A stretch of 64,000 nucleotides of DNA from Candidatus Bathyarchaeia archaeon (GCA_049516875.1 JBEKSS010000004.1:1-64000); one strand, 5' to 3'; positions 50,452 to 59,991 are shown, numbered from the stretch's first letter. Notes: a model not told the origin generated them from the sequence alone. Program-made: numbers and translations.

Positions 50452-51630
50452 ATGTCAGAATTGTCCACAAAACCTCGAGTTCCAGAATCGAACGAAGAAT
50501 ACGTTGCCTTTCTAGGCACATACACTCCTAGAGAATGCGGAATAGCCACCTTCACGAAAGACCTAATCGACTCCATAGACCGCCTCGGTGAATTCGCCCC
50601 AGCCCGAGTCATAAGCGTAAACGAAATAGAGACAATCTACGACTACGACAGCCGAGTCAAACAACAGATAAGGCAGGATTTCGAAGAGGATTACATTCAA
50701 GCCGCCAAGTACATCAACTCATCCCGAATCAACGCAGTAAACCTACAACACGAATTCGGAATATACGGAGGAGAATGGGGAAAGTATATCCTCTCCTTCC
50801 TACAAAACGTACACAAACCAGTCATAACCACACTCCACACACTCCAACCAGACTTTGAACCAAAAGCACGAAACGTGCTGAAAGAAATCACCGCTCACAG
50901 CAAAGCAATCGTGGTCATGGCAAGAGCCGCCAAGAACATTCTCAAGGAATACGACGTCCCAAACAAGAAAATCAACGTCGTCCAACACGGTTGCCCAGAC
51001 ATCCCCTTCTTAACCAGTGACAGCGTAAAACCTTCGCTGGGTTTGAAAGGAAGAACCATCCTGTCCACTTTCGGCCTAATAAACGGAGGCAAAGGCATCG
51101 AGTACGCCATCCAAGCACTCCCACCCCTAGTTGAAAAACATCCAAACATACTCTACCTAATAATCGGCGAAACACACCCCGAAGTAAGAAAAATCGAAGG
51201 CGAAACCTACCGCATGAACCTCATCAAACTAGTCGACCAACTGGGGCTAAAGAACCACGTCAGATTTCACAATCGCTTCCTAACAAAAAGGGAACTAATA
51301 AGGTACCTCCACGCCACAGACATCTACATCACACCCTACATCGGCCCAAACCAAATCAGCAGCGGCACACTAGTCTACGCTCTAGGAGCCGGCAGAGCAG
51401 TAGTATCAACTCCCTACCTCCACGCTAAAGAGGTGCTGTCTCACGGACGAGGCATGTTCTGCGAGTTCAAAAACCCAGACTCAATCGCCGAAGAGGTGAA
51501 GAAACTTCTAGAAAACGACAAACTGAGAAGAGACATAGAGAAAAAAGCTTACAGGTACAGTCGAAGCTTCATATGGCCAAAGGTCGCCCAAAAATACACA
51601 GACATACTCAAACAAGCGATACACGCTTAA
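50452..51630 (+). CDS. GT4 glycosyltransferase
   Basis: TYTPRECGIATF, QHEFG, TTLH, KGIE, SSGTL. Confidence 0.92.
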   Translation: MSELSTKPRVPESNEEYVAFLGTYTPRECGIATFTKDLIDSIDRLGEFAPARVISVNEIETIYDYDSRVKQQIRQDFEEDYIQAAKYINSSRINAVNLQHEFGIYGGEWGKYILSFLQNVHKPVITTLHTLQPDFEPKARNVLKEITAHSKAIVVMARAAKNILKEYDVPNKKINVVQHGCPDIPFLTSDSVKPSLGLKGRTILSTFGLINGGKGIEYAIQALPPLVEKHPNILYLIIGETHPEVRKIEGETYRMNLIKLVDQLGLKNHVRFHNRFLTKRELIRYLHATDIYITPYIGPNQISSGTLVYALGAGRAVVSTPYLHAKEVLSHGRGMFCEFKNPDSIAEEVKKLLENDKLRRDIEKKAYRYSRSFIWPKVAQKYTDILKQAIHA

Positions 51631-51642
51631 GAGGACGCTCAC

Positions 51643-52671
51643 GTGAATCTCCCACCTATCAAACTAAACTTCCTTAAAGCAATCACAGACGATACTGGTA
51701 TCTTTCAACATTCGAAATTCGGAACACCAAATCGGCTAGAAGGATACACGACCGACGACAACGCCCGAGCCCTCATAGCCATCACCAAGCACAGCCAAAT
51801 CAAAGGTATCTCCAAATCGGACAGGTTGATAGACACATACCTAAGCTTCCTTCTGCACATGCAAAGAGCAGACGGCAAAATGCATAACTTCCTAGGCTAC
51901 GATCGAAGCTTCATCGACGACGAAGGTTCCGAAGACTGTGCAGGTCGCACCCTATGGGCCTGCGGATACGTAATAAACAGCAAGCTATCAGCGGAGAGGA
52001 GACTTCTAGCAAAAGAAATCTTCGACAAAGCCTTTCGATGGGCATGCTTCTTCAAATCCCCCAGAGCGAAAGCCTTCGCAATACTTGGCCTAAGTCATTA
52101 CCACAAGGCCTACACAAAAGACCAAAACCTAACCCAGAACATAAAGGCACTATCAGACAAACTGCTCGAATACTACGCAAACACGCGCTCCAGCGACTGG
52201 CGCTGGTTTGAACCTTACCTCACCTACGTAAACGGTAGACTCCCGCAAGCCCTTTTCGAAGCCTACCGAGAAACAAAACAAGCCAAATACATTCGAGTCG
52301 CAGAGGAATCGCTAAAGTTCCTCCTTGAAGTTCAGATACTAAACAACAAATTCGTACCCATAGGCAACCACGGCTGGTACAAAAAAGGAAAACCGCGGCC
52401 CATATACGATCAGCAATCCGTGGAAGCAGCTTCAATGACGGAAGCAGCACTGTCAGCTTACCGCGAAACAGACAACCGCCACTACAAAACAATGGCACGA
52501 ACAATCTTCAACTGGTTTCTTGGGAAGAACACCCAAAACTCCTCTGTTTACAATTCCACCACAGGCAGCTGCTACGACGGAATAACCGAAAAAGGACTAA
52601 ACTACAACCAGGGAGCCGAAGCCACCGTTTGCTACCTTTCCGCCCGCATCGAACTTCAAACTACCAAATAG
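51643..52671 (+). CDS. Six-hairpin glycosidase-like partner of the GT4 enzyme
   Basis: DDTGIFQH, GYTTDDNARAL, WFE, YDQQ, NQGAE; this domain is commonly fused to or next to this GT4 subfamily. Confidence 0.8.
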   Translation: MNLPPIKLNFLKAITDDTGIFQHSKFGTPNRLEGYTTDDNARALIAITKHSQIKGISKSDRLIDTYLSFLLHMQRADGKMHNFLGYDRSFIDDEGSEDCAGRTLWACGYVINSKLSAERRLLAKEIFDKAFRWACFFKSPRAKAFAILGLSHYHKAYTKDQNLTQNIKALSDKLLEYYANTRSSDWRWFEPYLTYVNGRLPQALFEAYRETKQAKYIRVAEESLKFLLEVQILNNKFVPIGNHGWYKKGKPRPIYDQQSVEAASMTEAALSAYRETDNRHYKTMARTIFNWFLGKNTQNSSVYNSTTGSCYDGITEKGLNYNQGAEATVCYLSARIELQTTK

Positions 52672-52795
52672 AACGGCAAACAATATTGCCTTTATTCGCG
52701 CGGAAAGTCTCCCACACACGCGTTTTTGTGAGTCCTAAAACAGTTCGCCTTATTAGTCAAGAAAACCAAACCTAAGACAGAGGCGAAACCAGAAC

Positions 52796-53191
52796 GTGCT
52801 AATGGTAAAGCACATAATGATCGAAGACGTGGTAACCGCCAAGGTTAACATCACAATCAAAGACGTCGTCAGAACACTATACGAAAAACACGTGGGCTCA
52901 ATCGTAATAACGGACGACAACCAAAAATGCGTGGGTATCTTCACCGAGCGGGACGCCATAAGAATCATAGCCAACGAAGTCCCACTGGATACCGCCATCG
53001 ATCAAGTGATGACCAAGAATGTCGCCACAATAGGAGAAGAGGCTTCGCTAGAGGAAGCAAGACGACTCGTAATCTCACACGGAATCAGACACCTGCCAGT
53101 CGTAGACCCCAAAGGAGAACTAACCGGCCTACTCTCCGTCAGAAAACTCTTAGATGAACTCTTTGGATTTACCACGTCAAAAAACTACTAG
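52796..53191 (+). CDS. CBS-domain protein
   Basis: GIFTERD, IRHLPVVD. Confidence 0.9.
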   Translation: MLMVKHIMIEDVVTAKVNITIKDVVRTLYEKHVGSIVITDDNQKCVGIFTERDAIRIIANEVPLDTAIDQVMTKNVATIGEEASLEEARRLVISHGIRHLPVVDPKGELTGLLSVRKLLDELFGFTTSKNY

Positions 53192-53203
53192 GATACATAC
53201 AAA

Positions 53204-54097
53204 ATGAGACGGTCCCAAGACAACCCGATCCTTCAGCCAATAGCATCTAACCCCTGGGAATCGAAAGAAGTATTCAACGCTGCCGCCATAAGAGTCGGCA
53301 AACGAGTCCACATACTATACCGGGCAATAGGTAACGACGGCATATCCCGCATCGGATACGCCGCCTCCTCTGACGGATACAAAATCGACGAGCGGTCACC
53401 AGTCCCCGTTTTTGAACCCCACAACGAAGCTGAACGCTGGGGATGCGAGGACCCCAGACTAACGCTCTTCGGCGACCAAATAATAATGTCTTACACAGCC
53501 CTTTCCGAAATTGACCACGAACAGCTCTACCAGATCTCACTAGTATCCATCGCAATTGGCGATTTCTTGAGCAAACAATGGAAATGGAACGAACGACTAT
53601 TGCCATTCAGAGGCATACACAACAAAGACGCCGTCATTTTCCCAAAAAAAATCGGAGGCAAGTACGTCATGTTTCATCGCCTAGAGCCAGACATGTGCGT
53701 GGCGTACTCCGACGACCTCAGAAGATGGTACGACATCAGGTCCTTGATGAGACCAAGAAGGAAAAGCTGGGACTGCTGGAAAGTAGGCGCAGCCGGACCC
53801 CCCATCGAACTCAACGAGGGCTGGCTCCTTATCTACCACGGCGTGAGTTTCGAGAAGGTCTATTCGCTTGGCGTAATCCTGCTGGACAGAGACAATCCCG
53901 AAACCATTCTGTACCGCTCCGAAACACCCATACTAACACCCGTCACCGACTACGAGCGCTTCGGCAAAGTGCCTAACGTGGTGTTCAGCTGTGGAAACGT
54001 ACTCATCAACGACGAAGTCCTAGTGTACTACGGAGGCGCCGACAGCGTAATGTGCGTGGCAACATACGAACTAAACGAACTAATGCCCAAAAAATAA
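53204..54097 (+). CDS. GH130 glycoside phosphorylase/hydrolase
   Basis: NPIL, VFNAA, LYRA, GCEDPR, NKD, YHG, VPNVVF, YYGGAD. Confidence 0.9.
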   Translation: MRRSQDNPILQPIASNPWESKEVFNAAAIRVGKRVHILYRAIGNDGISRIGYAASSDGYKIDERSPVPVFEPHNEAERWGCEDPRLTLFGDQIIMSYTALSEIDHEQLYQISLVSIAIGDFLSKQWKWNERLLPFRGIHNKDAVIFPKKIGGKYVMFHRLEPDMCVAYSDDLRRWYDIRSLMRPRRKSWDCWKVGAAGPPIELNEGWLLIYHGVSFEKVYSLGVILLDRDNPETILYRSETPILTPVTDYERFGKVPNVVFSCGNVLINDEVLVYYGGADSVMCVATYELNELMPKK

Positions 54098-54168
54098 AAC
54101 CCCAACTAAGCAAACGCTCAACCGAACTTGACGACCACCGGAACCAAAGCTAAGAAGCCCGGCAACCG

Positions 54169-54522
54169 TCACATCAACAACATGCTATTCTCCATGGAGT
54201 CTTTTGTCTGAACCGCCATTACAGGCGATTCTATGGAAAAATACGCGTCCCCGCTTGCATACCCGCAGACCGAAAAGTAAGCCCGCGCCAATGAAGAGAC
54301 AAAAACCCGAAACTTAACATTCTCATCTGCGCTGGGCATCAAAGCGTAGACAAAGCACCCAGCGCAATCAACTGAAAACCCCGGATCTGGGGAGTGCAGC
54401 CGCAAAACCAAATTCTTCAAGATGCTGCTTCCAACGTTTTTCAGGTTCAACGTCAAGAAGTGGTCACCTGCAATCTTCGTTGTCGATAACAACTTAAACT
54501 CCAACCGAACCTTAACGACCAC
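54169..54522 (-). CDS. Small Ig/CARDB-like hypothetical protein
   Basis: GTG start after AGGAGG; LTLNLKNVG...L beta pattern. Confidence 0.55.
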   Translation of the reverse strand: MVVKVRLEFKLLSTTKIAGDHFLTLNLKNVGSSILKNLVLRLHSPDPGFSVDCAGCFVYALMPSADENVKFRVFVSSLARAYFSVCGYASGDAYFSIESPVMAVQTKDSMENSMLLM

Positions 54523-54719
54523 CTTGAACCTCCTAATACTCAGAAACTCGAACAGACATATTATATTCCTCGGCAAAGCTCTTAAAACTTTGCGCGCGCG
54601 CATTTGGGGTCAAATCCCACCGGACCCGCTCATATATAGTGTGTGCTTCTTCTCTGAAACACTACAAAATCGAGTTACTCGGTCTCCAGTGTGCGTACAA
54701 TCAGAGTCGCATGGAGACT

Positions 54720-54932
54720 GCGCGCGCTATAAATTCTCGTCAATAAAATGTAGGATAACCTTAGTATTTTACCGGTAAACATGTGTTCAATTGTTAGCCC
54801 CCGCACACTAAGGTCCTAAATTGAGTTTATTTCGGCTAATTAAGCTCAGAATAAGCCTAAAATTAGAATGCGGGGGGTGGGACCCCCACCCGAGTTTACC
54901 GGTAAAATGTGTCTGGAACGTTCGCGCGCGCG
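54720..54932. repeat. Imperfect ~210-bp palindrome bounded by (CG)n runs
   Basis: TTTTACCGGTAAAC-N17-CCCCCGCA at 54767-54805 and inverted at 54869-54907; related copy at 57502-57538. Confidence 0.7.
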
Positions 54933-55065
54933 ACCTTTATTAGGAGCCTGAGAGCCTTACTTGACAACTCAAACGATGGAGACGCATAAGGTTGAAAATG
55001 CTTTGCTGTGAGCCAATCAATGGCTGCTGCGGGCGTTCTCCATTTAACCACATGATAAAAGAGGA

Positions 55066-56022
55066 TTGGTTACTTTGACAACTCCTATTATCGAGGCCGT
55101 GAATCTCTCCAAACGCTACGGCTCGTTTACTGCCGTGTCAGACCTAAACTTGAAAATTGAAGGGTCAAAGTGTGTTGGATTCCTAGGCCCGAACGGTGCA
55201 GGAAAGACAACTACTCTCAAAATGTTTACTGATCTGATCAGGCCGTCCGCTGGAGATGCTCTCATAAACGGTGTAAACGTGCACACTCAGAAGAAAAAAG
55301 CACTTGCTTCTGTGAGTGCTCTGATTGAAACTCCCGAAATCTACCCTTCGCTAACGCCCAGAGAAGCGCTCATGATGATAGCCGAGATAAGAGGCGTGCC
55401 AAGCACAGAGCGGAGCAAGAGAATAGAGGAAGCCGTTTCAGAAGTTCACATGGAGGAATGGATTGATAAGAGGGTTGGCAAGTTCTCCAAGGGAATGAAA
55501 CAGAGGATATGCATCGCCTCTGCGCTTCTGAGCGATCCAACCATACTTCTCCTGGACGAGCCTACCAACGGTCTTGACCCAAGAGGAATGAGCGAAGTCA
55601 GAGGCATCGTAAAATCCCTTAAGACCAAGAAGAGACTGATTTTCATGAGCTCCCACATTCTCAGTGAAGTTTCAGAAGTCTGCGACGAAGTCGCAATGAT
55701 CGACCATGGAAAACTAATCGTTTACGACACGATTCCCAACGTGACAGCCAAGTTCACAGGAGGAGAAAACATCGTGGAGGTTGAGTTGCACCGTCCAATC
55801 GATTCCGAGCTGACAATCAAGAAGATAGCAGCCATTCCAAGCATAATCACGGCAGAGAAAAAAGACGACAAGAACTTGACAATCAGGTTCAGCGGAGGTT
55901 CGGACGCACAAGAAAAGATCCTCTCTGACCTGGTGAAAATGAACATTGGAGTAATCAGTTACAGACCCGCGTCATCAGAACTCGAAGACGCATACCTCAA
56001 ACTTATCACAAGCACGGTGTGA
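55066..56022 (+). CDS. ABC-2 type transporter ATP-binding subunit
   Basis: GPNGAGKTT, FSKGMKQR, LLLDEP, SSH. Confidence 0.93.
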   Translation: MVTLTTPIIEAVNLSKRYGSFTAVSDLNLKIEGSKCVGFLGPNGAGKTTTLKMFTDLIRPSAGDALINGVNVHTQKKKALASVSALIETPEIYPSLTPREALMMIAEIRGVPSTERSKRIEEAVSEVHMEEWIDKRVGKFSKGMKQRICIASALLSDPTILLLDEPTNGLDPRGMSEVRGIVKSLKTKKRLIFMSSHILSEVSEVCDEVAMIDHGKLIVYDTIPNVTAKFTGGENIVEVELHRPIDSELTIKKIAAIPSIITAEKKDDKNLTIRFSGGSDAQEKILSDLVKMNIGVISYRPASSELEDAYLKLITSTV

Positions 56023-56028
56023 TCAAAC

Positions 56029-56907
56029 ATGAACGAAACAGAAACAATATCTGAGAACAAAGTGCCGAGCAGCCTTACACAAGTCGGCATCACTATGAAA
56101 TACACGTTCCTCGACTACTTCAGATCGCGCAGATTCTTCATACTCCTAATTATCACTCTCATCATAAGTGCCATCCTCACCGTCTTGGTGGGATACTACC
56201 GCCCCCAAATTTTTCTAGGTGATCCAACTCTTGACGCGAGCACGCGCGAGCTGATATTCTATTCAAGCTGGTGGGGCCGCAGCGTCACCTTCGTGATCAT
56301 ACTCGGAGGGATATTCTTCGGCGGAGACGCCATCAGCGGCGAATTCCAAAACAAAACGGGCTACTTCGGAGTTCCAAACCCCATCCGAAGATCGAGCATA
56401 TACATTGGCAAGTGGCTATCGGCCTTTATTGCAGCCACCATAATCTTCGCCATCTTTGCAGCCATCACCGTTGGCAACGGGTTATACTACTTCGGCGCTA
56501 ACGTCCCCATCCAATTTGGTCAATCACTTCTCTACGCCTGGTTTTACCTAGCCGCAGTAATGGGCTTCACTTTCTTCTTCAGTTCACTGTTCAAGAGCAA
56601 CAGCATGTCTATCCTCGTGACCGCGATCCTTTTTCTCTTCGTGTTCTCACTGATAGAACTGCTTGTTTCAAGCCTCGTCAATTTTGAACCCTGGTTCATC
56701 CTAACCTACGGGGCCGGAATAATCGGAAACATACTAAACCCCGGAGGGTTCCCGGAACACATCACACATACCCCTGTAGGCCGGGGAGGATTGACCATAA
56801 CCTCCTACAGTGCCTATGTCCCCGAAGGCCTAGTCATAATAGGACTGTACTTCATCATAACCGCGATATTGGGATTGGTCCTCTTCGAGAGGAAAGAGTT
56901 TACCTAG
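56029..56907 (+). CDS. ABC-2 type transporter permease
   Basis: DAISGEFQNKTG, PIRRSSIYIGK, six TM segments. Confidence 0.9.
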   Translation: MNETETISENKVPSSLTQVGITMKYTFLDYFRSRRFFILLIITLIISAILTVLVGYYRPQIFLGDPTLDASTRELIFYSSWWGRSVTFVIILGGIFFGGDAISGEFQNKTGYFGVPNPIRRSSIYIGKWLSAFIAATIIFAIFAAITVGNGLYYFGANVPIQFGQSLLYAWFYLAAVMGFTFFFSSLFKSNSMSILVTAILFLFVFSLIELLVSSLVNFEPWFILTYGAGIIGNILNPGGFPEHITHTPVGRGGLTITSYSAYVPEGLVIIGLYFIITAILGLVLFERKEFT

Positions 56908-56963
56908 ACGAAAATTGACGGTGAATGACAGAGAGTAAGGAAAGAAAAATGTAGAGGAAGGAG

Positions 56964-57311
56964 GTGAAACAGCTGACTTTTGTAAAAGTTGCTGAAACCT
57001 CGGAGATACTCTCGGGACAAATGAAAGCTATTAGGTTTGGAGAAAAAGAGATTCTGGTTGCCAACGTAAGCGGCCCATATTATGCCATGGGTAATAGATG
57101 TACTCACGCTGGCGGAGACCTTTCCAAGGGAACGTTGGATAGCACAACGGTAACCTGTCCCAAACACGGCGCCAAATTTGACATCACAACGGGCAAGGTT
57201 GTTTCTGGTCCAAAAGTTCTTTTCATGCGCCCAAAAATCAATGACGAGACCTCATCTGAACTGAAAGTTGAAGGAAAAGACATCATGCTCAAAAGCGAAC
57301 AGTCTTATTAA
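56964..57311 (+). CDS. Rieske [2Fe-2S] ferredoxin
   Basis: CTH and CPKH motifs, FDITTG. Confidence 0.9.
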   Translation: MKQLTFVKVAETSEILSGQMKAIRFGEKEILVANVSGPYYAMGNRCTHAGGDLSKGTLDSTTVTCPKHGAKFDITTGKVVSGPKVLFMRPKINDETSSELKVEGKDIMLKSEQSY

Positions 57312-57637
57312 AGGCGTGATTTGACGGAACACCTGTTCACGCGCTGTTGTCTGCGCATAAGCCACGTTAAGCACTCATAAATGTTGTTTGTCGGAGCTCT
57401 TCGACGCTAAACAAGAATCATATAACGGTGTGACGAGAGTAATCATGCACAGTGGGCAAGGTAGAGTAAACAATGGAGAAAGAAGCGGTTTCTAAGCGCG
57501 CGCGGGTGGTGGGGCCCCACCGGACTTTACCGGTAGAAACACCATGGTACGGCAGGTCTGCCCGTCCCACCTGATCGAACAAATTGGCTAGTTCTTGCTT
57601 AGCGCTGAACAAAAGGCTGTGTTTCAGACAAAGTATT

Positions 57638-58018
57638 CTATGGAAAGAGTTTGAGTCCAAGGGCTTTGAGGGGGCTGAAGTGTTTCAAGTCGAAGGTGAA
57701 GAGGGCTGCCCCGTTGTTTATGGTCATCGCGGCTATCATAGCATCAGTTCTGCGTATGGAAGTTCCATTTTCTTCTGCTTCAAGCTCTATTTTGCTGGAG
57801 AGGACTGCATCCTTTTTCATATAGTTCAAAACAGGTAACAACAGAATCTCTTTGACTGGTTTTCCATACTTGTGGAGGCCGTAGAGTATCTCGTGTATGT
57901 TGATGACAGTTGTGCATATTTCTTCTTCACTCTGAAGAATCTGCTTGAGAGCTTCGTCACCTTTTACTGATTTCTTGTCCAGTATCTCAATCAACACGTC
58001 CGTGTCTATCGCGATCAT
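57638..58018 (-). CDS. vapC: PIN-domain toxin
   Basis: IDTDVLI, HE, DAMIAA, TFD..HF. Confidence 0.9.
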   Translation of the reverse strand: MIAIDTDVLIEILDKKSVKGDEALKQILQSEEEICTTVINIHEILYGLHKYGKPVKEILLLPVLNYMKKDAVLSSKIELEAEENGTSIRRTDAMIAAMTINNGAALFTFDLKHFSPLKALGLKLFP

Positions 58019-58227
58019 CTTCTTCGTTCAGCCCTGGAAGAACTTATCTCTGAAAGCATCTCTTTCTTCTTTCTGAACTCTACACTCGCCCTGAGTTTTG
58101 ATAGCGTTTCTAGTGGATCCTTATTTTCTGCAAGCCTATCAAATAGCTCACTGAAGCTTTCATCCTTCTTCTTGATGGTCAGCAGTTTTCTATACACTTC
58201 TTCTCGGATGGTTATAGTCTTGACCAG
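58015..58227 (-). CDS. vapB: VapB-family antitoxin, apparent CTG start
   Basis: (L)VKTITIREEVYRKLLTIKKKDESFSELFDRL; ATGA overlap with vapC. Confidence 0.8.
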   Translation of the reverse strand: MVKTITIREEVYRKLLTIKKKDESFSELFDRLAENKDPLETLSKLRASVEFRKKKEMLSEISSSRAERRR

Positions 58228-58282
58228 GATGGATCACGTGAATCTGTATGTTTAAACGTACACTTAAACATTACTGGAACCG

Positions 58283-58549
58283 CGCGCGCTGTGCGTGGAC
58301 AAAACAGGCGTAGGAGACGCAGTAGTAGACGAGCTGGAAACAATTCGAGTCGGAAGCGTTAACGGTGTTTTCTTCACGGAAGCTGAAAAAGAAAACATGC
58401 TCAATCGCCTCAAACTCCTCATGAAGAAAAAACTTCTCAAAATCCCAGGCGACGACAGACAACTAATAACCCAGATAAACGAACAGCAATACGAGTACCT
58501 CCAACCCAAAACAGCACAAGAACGAATCCACCTCAAGTTCAAGCATCCA
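58283..58549 (+). pseudogene. Internal fragment of a viral large terminase nuclease domain
   Basis: CVDKTGVGDAVVDEL...GVFFT...K..M...LK..M....LKIP...LI.Q...QY....KFKHP resembles the terminase C-terminal RNase H-like domain; no ATPase domain and no HDD motif. Confidence 0.65.
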
Positions 58550-58687
58550 TCGATTGTCATTATTGTGCCACTTTTTAAAAATCTCTACTTTTCCAGCATC
58601 AACATGCGTGCAATGTGATGTTCAAAGGTGAATTTCGAATTCACAAAGAATATCTTGCTTTCACAACAACAAAATTCACGACTCATC

Positions 58688-59104
58688 ATGCCAGAAAAAT
58701 CCAAACAAAACAAGAAGAGAATACGCCAAAGCGTGAGAGTTGAAGGCAAAGCCGTCAGAACACTCAGAACATTAAGCAACGAAGAAGCTTTCTATTTCTA
58801 CGAAACCATCGGCAAGCCAACCGGACAGAGCGCCAGAAGCCTCAATGAATTCCTGGACAAAATCAAATCCGTAAAGCTTGAAAGCTTGGTTTTCCATCTC
58901 CAAAGAAATGACTTCAAAAATTGGATTGCAAACACACTCGAAGATCCCAAGCTGGCCCAAAAAATCCAGATGCTCCCCACAGAACACAAAGGCCAGCTCA
59001 GAACAAATATCTGCACAACCGTCGAAGCCCATCTTAAAGAACTAGAAGGAACTTCAGTGCAAGTCGATGACCTCTACGTGTCTCAGCCCAGCATCGCACA
59101 TTAG
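58688..59104 (+). CDS. DUF5752-family protein
   Basis: EAFYFY...TGQSARSLNEF...SLVFH...DFKNWI. Confidence 0.75.
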   Translation: MPEKSKQNKKRIRQSVRVEGKAVRTLRTLSNEEAFYFYETIGKPTGQSARSLNEFLDKIKSVKLESLVFHLQRNDFKNWIANTLEDPKLAQKIQMLPTEHKGQLRTNICTTVEAHLKELEGTSVQVDDLYVSQPSIAH

Positions 59105-59258
59105 AATATCCAAGAACTGATTCAAAGACACCGTCGTTGACTCAACAGACTAGGCATTACAGGCCGCTCCATTCCATCCAGACCCCTGCAGCTCCCACAC
59201 CAATAACAGTTCCTATAGAAACGCGCGCTAGAGATATATCGCAGATGTTCGCTGTCTG

Positions 59259-59828
59259 GTGCCGGGAGACATCAGCTTGGATGAAGCTGACAAAGTTCTG
59301 AAAGAGATCGAAGCGAAAGCCAAGAAAAATTTTCTGCCCATTGTCGGACGCCACAGAGGCCGAATCCTGGTGGAAGCCATCCGCAGAACCAACCCGAAAC
59401 GCGTCTTGGAAGTTGGCACCTTCATCGGTTACTCGGCAATTCTGATGGCCAAAGAACTTGAAAGCAGCGCTCAAGTGATAGCCATCGAAATCGATGCGGA
59501 CGAAGCAGAATTAGCGCGAGAAAACATAAGAAGGGCAAAGGTAACCCCAACAATAGAAGTAATAACAGGCGACGCAGTAGAAGTCATTCCCAGGCTGTCA
59601 GGCGAGTTTGACATGGTTTTCATGGATGCCAAAAAAACCGAGTATATGCGGTATCTTCAACTGGTCGAACCTAAACTTCACAAAGGAAGCATAATCGTTG
59701 CGGACAACGCGCGCACCCACGCAGACGAGATGAAAGACTACTTAAACCATGTCAGATGTTCAGGCAAATACGGTAGCAAATACGTGTCGGTGGATGAAGA
59801 CGGACTTGAAATAAGCATCAAACTGTGA
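59259..59828 (+). CDS. Class I SAM-dependent O-methyltransferase
   Basis: LEVGTFIGYS, GDA, FDMVFMDA, ADN. Confidence 0.9.
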   Translation: MPGDISLDEADKVLKEIEAKAKKNFLPIVGRHRGRILVEAIRRTNPKRVLEVGTFIGYSAILMAKELESSAQVIAIEIDADEAELARENIRRAKVTPTIEVITGDAVEVIPRLSGEFDMVFMDAKKTEYMRYLQLVEPKLHKGSIIVADNARTHADEMKDYLNHVRCSGKYGSKYVSVDEDGLEISIKL

Positions 59829-59991
59829 AAATGAACCAAAACTTTTCACGTACAAAGCAATCCTCTGGGTTGCACTTTCTTCTCCTGAATCTGTAATATG
59901 CGGCCTTAGTTCATATTTCTACTTCACAAGAGACATATCTCACTCGTGTCAGAACGTGAGATTGCAGCGAAGCGGATGAAGAAAAGGCGGC

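Larger units (their letters stand above)
40355..59231. repeat. Right array of intergenic (CG)n palindromic boundary motifs
   Basis: Runs at about 40355, 41439, 41618, 42316, 45389, 46338, 47037, 48681, 49250, 49389, 49714, 50187, 52697, 54591, 54720, 54923, 57495, 58280, 59221. Confidence 0.85.

Noticed and set aside
58283-58618. Intact provirus
   Set aside because: Only a terminase-like fragment; no portal, capsid, tail or integrase genes nearby.
1650-59231. Classical integron
   Set aside because: No IntI-like integrase, no consistent RYYYAAC/GTTRRRY pairs seen, and genes lie in both orientations.
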